Source: Bradymonadia bacterium
Lineage (GTDB): Bacteria > Myxococcota_A > Bradymonadia > UBA7976 > UBA1532
Direction of reading: 5' to 3'
Length of the DNA: 64,000 nucleotides
Assembly: GCA_046290225.1 (NCBI GenBank)
Contig: JBKAGE010000041.1
Span: forward strand, 53,148-117,147
Below, in pieces: positions 20,034-30,222 of the stretch. The notes beneath the pieces were generated by a model, which had not been told where the DNA came from, ran no database searches, and saw only the letters and a list, made by a program, of their open reading frames with translations. Position numbers and translations under genes: made by a program. Each line of letters starts with the position of its first letter. Position 1 is the stretch's first letter.

Positions 20034-20061
20034 TCGACAGGGCCTGTCGAAGAATTCGACA
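20034..20061. promoter_or_regulatory. Overlapping palindromes, candidate bEBP upstream activator sites
   Basis: TCGACAGG-G-CCTGTCGA (20034-20050) and TGTCGAA-GAA-TTCGACA (20045-20061). Confidence 0.45.
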
Positions 20062-20089
20062 CCCAAGTGTTGCTCAAGCTCAACGCGTC

Positions 20090-22261
20090 TCAGAAGTCGG
20101 GGGCCTGAGTGATCTGGCGATGCAGCGCCGGGGTCATCTCTGCCCGCTGATGATTCGTCGGTAGGCGGATGGGCAGCTCAAGGCGGAACATCGCCCCGTG
20201 GCCCGGGCCGTCGGAGTGGGCCGTGAGCGTACCTTCCATCGACTGCGCGTCGAGGGCGCTGGCGTGCAAGCCGAAGCCCGTACCATCCGACTTCGTGGTG
20301 AAGCCGTACGCGAAGATGCGGGTGAGGTTCTCTTCGGAGATGCCCACCCCCGAGTCTTTGATCTCGAAGGCGCAGCGGTCGTCTCCGACGCGCTCAAGCG
20401 AGATCGTGAGCAGGTGCTCACCCTCCACCTCTCGCATGGCCTGGATGGCGTTGCGGACGAGGTTGATCAAGATCTGCAGCACCTTGTCCCGTTCGACGAG
20501 AATCTCGGGGATATGGGTCACGTTCAGGTCGAGCTTGACCCCGTGGCGCTCCATGCTCGAGCGGTTGATCTGCAGGGCGTCTTCGAGCAGCTCGGCCAGG
20601 TTGGCCGCCACCATCACCCCGCCCACGCGAGCGTAGGCCCGCTGCATGCCCACCACGTGCTTGATGTGATCCACGTCTTTTGACAGGCGCTGCAGCTCTT
20701 CGATGAGCGTGGCCTGATCCTGGGTCAGACGCTCGCCGATCTTGCTGAGGTATTCGATCAGCTGTGGGCCCTTGCCGCCCACATCGCCGAGCTGGCCGTT
20801 GAGCATCTGCGCGGCCTTGGCGATGCCCTCGACTTTGAGCTTTTGCACCTTCTCGATGGCCACGGTTGCCGAGACATTGACGCTGTTGAGCACATTACCC
20901 ACGTTGTGGAGCACTTGGGCGGCCACTTCGGATTTACCGGCGCTCCGCGAGGCCTCGATGAGGCGAGCCTGGGTCTCTTCCAAAGCCTTGGCGGCATCGC
21001 GCTCGGCCTGGATGTCGGCCACGGAGCCTGCCATGCGCACCGGGTGTCCCTTCTCGGACCAGGTGGCCTGCCCTCGAATTCGGAACCAGCGCCAGCTGTC
21101 GTCGGGCATCTGGAACCGGAACTCATAGGCGCAGGGGGTGCGATGGAACATGTGACTGTTGAAGACCTTCATGAAGGGCTTGCGATCTTCGGGGTGCATG
21201 TGACCCAGGATCCAGTCCACGTCGGGCGTCACCTGCGACGGATCGAGATCGAACATGTCGTAGATGCGGGGGGCCAAGTAGAGCTCGGGCGGCACCATGC
21301 CGAACTCCAGTGACCAGATGCCTTCACCGGAGCCTTCGATGGCCAGCTGGAACCTCGCCTGGCTGCGGCGCAGTTCATAGGTTCGGGCCCGCACGCGCTG
21401 CTCCAGCTCGTCGCGACTGCGGGCCAGGGCCACCTCGGCCTCGCGCTGGTGGGTGCAGTCTTCCACGAGAGAGAGCAAGAAGGTGGTGCCAGGCCCTCGA
21501 TCGGCCATCAGGGTGGAGTTGTGCCATCGGCAATGAATTACCGCACCGTCGCGGGTGTAGTTGCGGTTCTCTACCACTCGGCTCTGCTCAGTGCCCTCCA
21601 TGAGTCCCTGAAGCTCTCCCCACACACGGGCTTCGTCTTCAGGATGCACCAGGCCTAAATCTGCAGGGGTGCGACCGAGGGCTTCGCTCGTCTGCCACCC
21701 GAAGATGGCCTGAGCGCGCCCTGACCAGCGAACCACCCGCAGCTCTCGATCCCACTCGATGACACCGATGGGGCTGTTGTCCATGTGCTGGCGGAGCAGC
21801 GTATAGGTGCTGTGCAGCTCGGTGCCCTGCCGGTGTCGCTCGGTGACGTCGTTGCCATGGGGCACGAGGCAGATCACGTTGCCCGCCTCGTCGAAGTAGG
21901 GGAGCACCGAGAAGTCGACGATGAGTGTGTCGCCTTCGGGGCTGCGGATGTCGACCTCGAAGCCTACACGCTCACCCTGGGCCGCCCGCTGAACGGCATA
22001 GCGAATGCGTTTGCGGATCGCCTTGCTGTGGCTCCACCAGGGCGCATGCCAGAGAGGGGCGCCGGTGATCGTGGCTTTGGGGATGTCGGTGAAGCGCACC
22101 GTGTAGTCATTGCACTCGATGACCCGGCCGTCCGGCGTGAGCAGTCCGGCGAAGCCCGCCAGAGCGTTCATGTAGCGCCGCAAGATCTGCAACGTCGAGG
22201 CGTCGGGGATCTCGCCGGGCTCGAACCCTTTGTCGCTCACCTCTTGGCCCATTTGAGTCAC
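20090..22261 (-). CDS. Cytoplasmic multi-PAS sensor histidine kinase
   Basis: Three PAS/PAC domains (VHPED, MHPED); LHNVGNVLN H-box; NLVRNA, DSGVGI, GTGFGL. Confidence 0.93.
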   Translation of the reverse strand: MTQMGQEVSDKGFEPGEIPDASTLQILRRYMNALAGFAGLLTPDGRVIECNDYTVRFTDIPKATITGAPLWHAPWWSHSKAIRKRIRYAVQRAAQGERVGFEVDIRSPEGDTLIVDFSVLPYFDEAGNVICLVPHGNDVTERHRQGTELHSTYTLLRQHMDNSPIGVIEWDRELRVVRWSGRAQAIFGWQTSEALGRTPADLGLVHPEDEARVWGELQGLMEGTEQSRVVENRNYTRDGAVIHCRWHNSTLMADRGPGTTFLLSLVEDCTHQREAEVALARSRDELEQRVRARTYELRRSQARFQLAIEGSGEGIWSLEFGMVPPELYLAPRIYDMFDLDPSQVTPDVDWILGHMHPEDRKPFMKVFNSHMFHRTPCAYEFRFQMPDDSWRWFRIRGQATWSEKGHPVRMAGSVADIQAERDAAKALEETQARLIEASRSAGKSEVAAQVLHNVGNVLNSVNVSATVAIEKVQKLKVEGIAKAAQMLNGQLGDVGGKGPQLIEYLSKIGERLTQDQATLIEELQRLSKDVDHIKHVVGMQRAYARVGGVMVAANLAELLEDALQINRSSMERHGVKLDLNVTHIPEILVERDKVLQILINLVRNAIQAMREVEGEHLLTISLERVGDDRCAFEIKDSGVGISEENLTRIFAYGFTTKSDGTGFGLHASALDAQSMEGTLTAHSDGPGHGAMFRLELPIRLPTNHQRAEMTPALHRQITQAPDF

Positions 22262-22407
22262 TCCTCGGCTCAGCTCTGCGCGGTCTCTGCGTTGATGTCT
22301 TCACATCGGCACGAGGGCGGGCGAGTCACCAGGGTGGGTGAAGGCGGGTCAGCGCTGACCCACCTCAACCTGATCCGGCCACTCTGCCGAAAGAACTGAG
22401 ACAGACG

Positions 22408-22992
22408 ATGGAGGCTCACATGGCCGAGAACCGGGACGATCGCCCGCACATCTTGATTGTCGACGACGAAGACAGCGTGCGCTCTGCGCTGCGCCGGACC
22501 CTGCGCAAGGAGGGCTACCGCCTCAGCTTCGCCTCATCGGCTCAGGAGGGCCTCGATCTCATGCGTCGAGATCGGCCCGATGTGCTGGTCACTGACCATC
22601 TGATGCCTCAGATGACTGGCCTCGAGCTGGTGAAGAAATGCAGCCTGCTCTACCCGCACATGTCACGCATCGTGCTCACGGGTCAGGCGGAGATCGAGAC
22701 GGTGGTGTCGGCCATCAACGAGGGCCACGTCTACCGATTCCTGTGCAAGCCCTGGGACGACGACGAGCTCAAGCTCACGCTGTTCCTCGCGGTGGATCGC
22801 GTACAGCTCGAGCGGGAGACCGCACGGCTCAAGATCACCGTGGCTCAGCAGACACGACGCATCAAAGAGTTGGAAGCCACCCTCGCTCGCCTGGGTGGAA
22901 CCGCCGGATCCACGGATGGGTCCAAGAATGGTCCAATGAGGGACGATCATGGCGCGATCATCATCAGCGACGAAGACCTCGCGGGGCTCTGA
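22408..22992 (+). CDS. Response regulator (REC + coiled coil)
   Basis: ILIVDDE, TDHLMP, LTG, KPW. Confidence 0.92.
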   Translation: MEAHMAENRDDRPHILIVDDEDSVRSALRRTLRKEGYRLSFASSAQEGLDLMRRDRPDVLVTDHLMPQMTGLELVKKCSLLYPHMSRIVLTGQAEIETVVSAINEGHVYRFLCKPWDDDELKLTLFLAVDRVQLERETARLKITVAQQTRRIKELEATLARLGGTAGSTDGSKNGPMRDDHGAIIISDEDLAGL

Positions 22993-24622
22993 GTCCAAAA
23001 AAGTGCACCCCCTCTGGCCGGTGCCCTCGACCCCGGAGCTTGGCCGCGACTGGCGCCCTCGCATTCTGGTGGTCGACGACGAGCCCCCGATTTGCCGGGC
23101 CCTGCGCCGTTTTCTGCGCATGGACGGCTTCGAGGTGCTCGAAGCGCACTCTGGCCGGGCGGCCCTCAAGCTCCTCGCGGAGCACGAGGAAGAGGTGCAG
23201 GTGATCATCTCTGATCTGAACATGCCCGGGGGCATGGACGGGATCGAGTTCCTGCGCACGGTGCGGGACGAGTACCCCCGCGCCCGACGCATTCTGCTCA
23301 CCGCCTTCGGTGATCTGAATCTGATGGAGCGGGCCATCAACGAGTCCGGGGTGCATCGGTTCATGCCCAAGCCCTGGGACTCAGAGGTCATGCGCACCAC
23401 GATCAAAGAGAGCGTGGAGCAGTGGCAGGCCCTGAACGAGCGTGAGGAGATGGCGGCCCTCGTGAAGCGCCAACGTGACGCCCTGGAGGGTCTCACCGAG
23501 GAGCTCAAGGAGCAGGTCTCCCGACGGACCGAGCTGTTGGAGAACGTCACCCGTCGCTGGCGGCAGACCCTCGACAGCATCAACGATCCGCTCACGCTCA
23601 TCGATCGCGACTACCGCATCCAGCGGGCGAACAAAGCAGCGGCCCGATGGGCCGGCGCCGACATCCGGGCCCTCAACGGTCAGAAGTGCCACCGCGTGCT
23701 CTTCGGTCACGAGAGCCCCTGCTCGGGCTGCCCGATGGGCCGCACCGACGAGGCGCTGCGCGACGCCGAGGAGGCGGTGGAGATCGCCGACGCCCGCACA
23801 GGGCAGCTCTGGGCGGTGAGCAGCTGGCCCCTCGACGCGGAGATGGACTCGGAGATGGGGCAGTACGTCTGCCACTACCGCGACATCACGGCCTCGAAGG
23901 CCCTGGAGCGCCGGGTCATCATGTCCGAGAAGATGGCCGCTGTGGGCGAGCTGTCAGGGTGTGTGGCCCACGAGCTGAACAACCCGCTGACCGGCATCTT
24001 GTCGTTCAGCCAGATTCTCGGTCGCAAGGTCCGTGACGACGACAAGCTCGCCGGCATGACCCGCGACATCGAAGAGCAAGCCCGGCGATGCAAACACATC
24101 GTGCAGAGCCTGCTCGACTTTGCCCGGCCTGGGGCGACCCCGGCCTCGAAGAGCGCCATCGATCTGCACGATCTCATCGAGAACTGTGCCTACATGGCGA
24201 ACCTGAAAGGCGGGGTGGTCTTCAACTTCGAAGGCCCAGAAGACCTCTGGCCGGTCTGGGGCAACAGCGACAGCTTGAAGTCGGTGTTCCTCAACCTGTT
24301 CAACAACGCAGTGCATGCCATGGAAGGCGCCGGAAAAGTCCAGGGACAGATACGGGTGGTGGCCGACAACCACAGCGCCCGCCCTGGAGAAGGCCGCACA
24401 GTACATCTGCGGGTCATGGACGACGGACCCGGGATCCCGACGACGCTTCGGGAGCAGGTGTTTGCGCCGTTCTTCACCACCAAGGCGGAGAACAAGAGTG
24501 GGACGGGCCTCGGCTTGTCCATCGTGAAGAACGTCATAGAAGATCACGGCGGATCGGTGAACCTGATCGACGGGCCCTCCGGGGGGGCCTGCTTCGACAT
24601 CAAGTTGCCCACCCGCACGTAG
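22949..24622 (+). CDS. Hybrid REC-PAS histidine kinase
   Basis: ILVVDDE, SDLNMP, KPW; PAS; AHELNNPL; DDGPGI, FFTTK, GTGLGL; true start possibly slightly downstream. Confidence 0.92.
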   Translation: MARSSSATKTSRGSESKKVHPLWPVPSTPELGRDWRPRILVVDDEPPICRALRRFLRMDGFEVLEAHSGRAALKLLAEHEEEVQVIISDLNMPGGMDGIEFLRTVRDEYPRARRILLTAFGDLNLMERAINESGVHRFMPKPWDSEVMRTTIKESVEQWQALNEREEMAALVKRQRDALEGLTEELKEQVSRRTELLENVTRRWRQTLDSINDPLTLIDRDYRIQRANKAAARWAGADIRALNGQKCHRVLFGHESPCSGCPMGRTDEALRDAEEAVEIADARTGQLWAVSSWPLDAEMDSEMGQYVCHYRDITASKALERRVIMSEKMAAVGELSGCVAHELNNPLTGILSFSQILGRKVRDDDKLAGMTRDIEEQARRCKHIVQSLLDFARPGATPASKSAIDLHDLIENCAYMANLKGGVVFNFEGPEDLWPVWGNSDSLKSVFLNLFNNAVHAMEGAGKVQGQIRVVADNHSARPGEGRTVHLRVMDDGPGIPTTLREQVFAPFFTTKAENKSGTGLGLSIVKNVIEDHGGSVNLIDGPSGGACFDIKLPTRT

Positions 24623-24680
24623 CCGAACCATGCAGCCTGTGGGGGCCACTGGCCCCGAGTCGGGAGAACGAGGAGACGTC

Positions 24681-26138
<1,458 letters not shown>

Positions 26139-26144
26139 GTGGGG

Positions 26145-26287
26145 CTTGGGCGGACGGCCGCCCTTCGGGCCGCCTGTAGCGGACGGTCATCGCCTTGCGG
26201 CGACAGCCTGTAGCGGACGCCTGAACCAGCTGCGCTGGTCCAGAGCTGTAGCGGACGCTCATTTGCCTTCGGCAAATTCCCTGTAGC
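26145..26287. repeat. Array of constant CTGTAGCGGACG units separated by variable-sequence hairpins
   Basis: Full units at 26174, 26208, 26246; partial units at 26150-26156 and 26281-26287; each spacer is self-complementary. Confidence 0.8.
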
Positions 26288-26297
26288 TGTTTGAAGA

Positions 26298-26381
26298 TCA
26301 CTTTTGGGCGCTGGGCGCGCGTGCCTGGGGGCCGAAGTGCTTCAGCAGCACCTCTGTGTGCTCTTCGATTCCCTTTGCCAT
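26298..26381 (-). pseudogene. Orphan C-terminal fragment of the adjacent lipoprotein family
   Basis: IEEHTEVLLKHFGP vs IEEHEELLLKHFGP; 38-bp direct repeat at 26332-26369 and 26492-26529 with 4 mismatches. Confidence 0.6.
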
Positions 26382-26439
26382 ACGTTGACTGTCGCGGGCT
26401 GCGAAACGGCGATTCAGGTCGTATTCGTTGGCGATGGAT

Positions 26440-27282
26440 TCATGGCTGAGTCTCATGGCTGTACCTGAGCACAGGCACAGAGCGCCGTGGTCCGAAGTGC
26501 TTGAGCAGCAACTCTTCGTGCTCTTCGATGAAGACTGCATGTTCGAGGGCTCTTCGAGCTGCCTTCACATGAGGTGAGTCGTCATCGTCGGCGATGTCGG
26601 CGAGTATTTCGTGTGCCGCCGGTTGCCGAGTCCATCCGAGGGCGCGGGTACAGTTGAGGTTGATGCTCCACAGATGACTGCGTGTATGTCGCGTATCGGA
26701 AGAGCGTACGTTGATGCTGGTGGCATCTGCCTGAGACGGATGGCCGCTGCATGCCATGAGGTACTCAGCGATCAGTCGGCTCTCTTGCGGGTGGCTGTCG
26801 GCAAAGCGTCCAGCGAGAACGCCCAATGACCAGATGGCGGTCGTGGTTCTATAACGACGCCAGACTTGGCCACTCGATTGAGCAACACTCAGGTACGCCC
26901 GGATACCACGGGCGTCTTCGATGTGGCCCGAAAAGGCGATGACCTGCATCGAACCGCCGGCACACCCCAGATGATTGTCACGCATCATGGTGAAGGCCGC
27001 GGCAACATCCTCTGGTGGGTACGATGCAAACCGTAAGAGATCAGTCGCTCTCGTGGTGTGCGAGCTGTGCCCACAGCTGGCGTGCCAACATGCATAGTCT
27101 TCTACTGCGATGGGTTTTGCCTTGGCGAGTCGCTTCACAGCCCTTTCGATGATCTCTTCGAAAGACAAGTGCTCGTCAGGTTTGGGGCCAAACCGGAGGC
27201 GTTTCTTTTGAGCACAGCCTGCTGCGAGCACACTCCACACGAGTACCCACGAAGAGACCATCTGCATCCAGGAGCGCTTCAT
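26440..27282 (-). CDS. Cys-rich helical lipoprotein, paralog 3 of a tandem array
   Basis: Lipobox LAAGC; ACx4CG, CAGG, AFSG, LGVLAGRF, FIEEHE. Confidence 0.8.
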   Translation of the reverse strand: MKRSWMQMVSSWVLVWSVLAAGCAQKKRLRFGPKPDEHLSFEEIIERAVKRLAKAKPIAVEDYACWHASCGHSSHTTRATDLLRFASYPPEDVAAAFTMMRDNHLGCAGGSMQVIAFSGHIEDARGIRAYLSVAQSSGQVWRRYRTTTAIWSLGVLAGRFADSHPQESRLIAEYLMACSGHPSQADATSINVRSSDTRHTRSHLWSINLNCTRALGWTRQPAAHEILADIADDDDSPHVKAARRALEHAVFIEEHEELLLKHFGPRRSVPVLRYSHETQP

Positions 27283-28088
27283 GGGGTGCTCTGATGCGAT
27301 GTGTCACCTCTTTCGAGGGTGGGCTGAGGACCCAAGTACGCTCGCAGTAGCTCTTCGTGATCTTCGATGAACTCAAAGGTGTCGAGGCTGGCCTGCGCGG
27401 CGCCGCTGCGATGGGCATTGTCTCCGTCGACGGTGGCTTCCAGCGTTTCGCGGGCGGCCTCACTGCGCGTATAGGCGAGGCCCTGGATGCAGATGATGCC
27501 GAGGGCATGGCGGGCGTTGGCGGCGTCTTTTTCGTTGCGGGCTCGGGAGTCGAGGTGGGGCAAGCGGTCCCAGGCCGTGGGATCACTGCACGTGACGAGA
27601 TACATAGTGACTGCGCGGCTCGCCTGGGGTTCGGTGTCAGCGAAGCGCCCGGCGAGTATCCCCAGCGCTCTGATGGCCGCGATGCGGCCGTGGCTGTACC
27701 AAAGCTCGTCGTCGGGCCTCGGCGCCTCGATGTATGCCCTGACGTGCGCTGCGTCGCTGATGTGGCCTGAGAAGGCTGCGATGCGCATTGCTCCGCCTGC
27801 GCATCCCTTTCGCCGCTCAGTGTCGAGGAGCGGCCAGAGGGTGGCGACCTCTGATGCCGAGAAGGATGCGTCGCCGAGCACGTGGGCCCAATGCTCGGTG
27901 TAAGCCCCGTGGCCACATCCTTCTGCGCAGCACGCCTGGATCTTGATGCTCACTTTCGACCGTCGGGCGTGCATATGAACCGCACCTTCCAACAACTCGT
28001 CGAGCGGCCAATCTTCGTCGTACACCGGCAACGCGCCAGGAGGCCTCTGTCGAGCGCAGCCGGCCGCGAGCATGGCCACGAGCCACAT
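27279..28088 (-). CDS. Cys-rich helical lipoprotein, paralog 2
   Basis: Lipobox LAAGC; same motifs; possible in-frame CTG start at 28118. Confidence 0.8.
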   Translation of the reverse strand: MWLVAMLAAGCARQRPPGALPVYDEDWPLDELLEGAVHMHARRSKVSIKIQACCAEGCGHGAYTEHWAHVLGDASFSASEVATLWPLLDTERRKGCAGGAMRIAAFSGHISDAAHVRAYIEAPRPDDELWYSHGRIAAIRALGILAGRFADTEPQASRAVTMYLVTCSDPTAWDRLPHLDSRARNEKDAANARHALGIICIQGLAYTRSEAARETLEATVDGDNAHRSGAAQASLDTFEFIEDHEELLRAYLGPQPTLERGDTSHQSTP

Positions 28089-28114
28089 ACACGAGATGCT
28101 GATGCTCTGCCGCT

Positions 28115-28915
28115 TCAGGGTTGCCCCCGATCTTCAACGGCGCTTTGTTCACGGGAGCCTAAGTGTTCGAGAACCAAGGCTTCGTTGTCGTCGATGAACT
28201 TCACGAGGCGCAGCGCCCGTTGGGCGGTGAAGCTACGTACATCATCAGCCTCTCGCGAGATCTCGCGCAGTACCTCGTGTGCCCTCGCATTGCGGGTGTA
28301 AGCGAGGGCGCTGATGCAAGGCTCGGTCAGGCTGTTGTTGATGAGCGCCCCAGAGGATCTCGCGGAGGTGTGTTGCGCGAACTCGGGTTGTGCCAGCCAG
28401 TGATCATCCCGAGTGCACGTGATGAGATCATCTGTAATTCGAGCGTTCACGTCGGGTGCAATGTCCACAAATCGCCCAGCGATAACCCCCAACGCCTGCA
28501 CCGCTGGGGTGTGCACGAATCGATATGAACGCTCACCGCGGGCTTTGATGAGGGCCATGAACGCTCTCGTCCGTTCGATGTCACTGAGATCGCCAGAGAA
28601 AGCGATGGCCTGAAGCACGCCGGGGGCGCAGCGCGCCCCGTCGTACGTATGGAGCAGTGCCCAGGCATCATCGAGTTCACGGCGTGTGTGAGAGGCAGCC
28701 CAGAGCAAATCGGCGACGAGCTCATGCGCAATGTGGTTGCCACAGCCCCTCAAGTCACACGCATAGTGTTCGATCGTGTAGTCAGGCTGATGTCGGAGCG
28801 CTGATGTGAAGAGCGCTTCGACAGAGGCGTCGGCGTTTGGGGGCGTGACACGTTCGGGGGTGCATCCACAGGTGAGCATGCCCAGCAGCAAAAGCTTGAT
28901 GTGCATACATCTCAT
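28115..28915 (-). CDS. Cys-rich helical lipoprotein, paralog 1
   Basis: Lipobox LTCGC; ACx4CG, CAPG, AFSG, LGVIAGRF, FIDDNE. Confidence 0.8.
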   Translation of the reverse strand: MRCMHIKLLLLGMLTCGCTPERVTPPNADASVEALFTSALRHQPDYTIEHYACDLRGCGNHIAHELVADLLWAASHTRRELDDAWALLHTYDGARCAPGVLQAIAFSGDLSDIERTRAFMALIKARGERSYRFVHTPAVQALGVIAGRFVDIAPDVNARITDDLITCTRDDHWLAQPEFAQHTSARSSGALINNSLTEPCISALAYTRNARAHEVLREISREADDVRSFTAQRALRLVKFIDDNEALVLEHLGSREQSAVEDRGQP

Positions 28916-28969
28916 GTCTGCCCTCGGGTCATCTCTATGCCCATCATCGCCCCACTTGACGGTGACCGG

Positions 28970-30211
28970 TCACCGCCCCTTGCGACACTCTTCGAGTGTC
29001 TTCGTATCTCGCCTGCTGATGGGCAAAGCGCAGTCGAGTTGCTTGCCCAAGGCCCGCAGCGCGTCATTGAGTCCGGCAGATTGCCCCGTGGCGCGGCCTT
29101 CATGTGCGCGATACAGCTGCGGATATAACGGCGCCCCCTTCACGTTCATTCTCCGAGCCGGGATCAGATACCGCGGGGACTCACCCCACTCGGGCTCGAG
29201 CACCATCTGATAGGCCTCGTCGGAGGCCAGGAACTCGATGAACGCCCGGGCCACTGCGAGCTTGCGCCCCTTCAAACCAGCATCCAATGCCAGACCATCC
29301 ACCCAGCCAATGCCTGTGGCTGCGTCATCGATGGTGGCCTGAGGCAGGGCACGCACTGCGAGCTCTTCAGGGCGAAGGCAAGCATCCGTAGGACCGCAGC
29401 TCTGCTGCACTTCACTCATCGCCGCATGCAGGGTCTCGGAGTAGCCCACATATGCATCCGCTTCACCACGCACGAAGGCTCGGGCGTAGTAACCCACTCG
29501 ATCGTGGAGCGCGTCGTTTCGGCAATGACCTGCAGGGCAGCTCTGGAGAATCTGCGACATCAGCTCGACGACCCGTGAATCGAGAGGGGCGCCGGACATG
29601 ATTTTTGCCTCGGCCGCTTTGGCGCCTTCGAATTGAGAGAGCAGCGTGAGGTACCACTCGCCGAGGGTGGACTTCCCCTTGAAGTCTACGAACATCGCCC
29701 GCTTCCGCCCTGCGAGCACCGCGTTCACTTCAGCCCAGGTCCGGGCCTGGGCCAGCTCGGTGTCATGGGCGCGGTGAAACAGGAAGTTCCCGCACATCCA
29801 GTGGGGCACCGCCCAGGTCTGGCCGTCGCGCTGCACCGCTTGCAGGGCCATCTCGGCGTAAGGCCCCACCGGGGGCTTCGCGTAGGGCTGCAGCTTCTTG
29901 GCGGCGATCATGTCGCTGAGCATCACCGTGTCGATCTCGTAGACGTCGGCCTGCACTTTCGACAGCCCGCCGGAGTAGTAGTGCCACGTGAGAGCTGGGG
30001 TTTCGACCAGCTCGACGTTCACCCCGGGGTGGGCTTTCTCGAAGGCCGCTTCGAGTTCGAAGAACAGTCCGCGTGCATCAGGTACGTAAGGGTAGAGGGC
30101 CACCCTCAGCGTGAGGGGCTCAGCAGCCTTGAGGCGAGTGTGGCCACAGCCAGCGAGCACGAGCAGCGTGAGCACGTGGGTGAGCAGCCTGATATGACCC
30201 GGGGCCGGCAT
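28970..30211 (-). CDS. Thiaminase I (thiamine pyridinylase)-like lipoprotein
   Basis: Lipobox LAGC; LRVALYPYVPD; catalytic Cys candidate in PHWMCGNFLF; general-base Glu candidate in VGYSE. Confidence 0.8.
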   Translation of the reverse strand: MPAPGHIRLLTHVLTLLVLAGCGHTRLKAAEPLTLRVALYPYVPDARGLFFELEAAFEKAHPGVNVELVETPALTWHYYSGGLSKVQADVYEIDTVMLSDMIAAKKLQPYAKPPVGPYAEMALQAVQRDGQTWAVPHWMCGNFLFHRAHDTELAQARTWAEVNAVLAGRKRAMFVDFKGKSTLGEWYLTLLSQFEGAKAAEAKIMSGAPLDSRVVELMSQILQSCPAGHCRNDALHDRVGYYARAFVRGEADAYVGYSETLHAAMSEVQQSCGPTDACLRPEELAVRALPQATIDDAATGIGWVDGLALDAGLKGRKLAVARAFIEFLASDEAYQMVLEPEWGESPRYLIPARRMNVKGAPLYPQLYRAHEGRATGQSAGLNDALRALGKQLDCALPISRRDTKTLEECRKGR

Positions 30212-30222
30212 GGGGGCTCCGA

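Noticed and set aside
26145..26287. CRISPR array
   Set aside because: Repeat is only 12 bp, spacers are hairpins of 17-26 nt, and no cas genes are in the window
26332..26529. DGR template/variable repeat pair
   Set aside because: Mismatches are not adenine-specific, the repeat is only 38 bp, and there is no reverse transcriptase in the window
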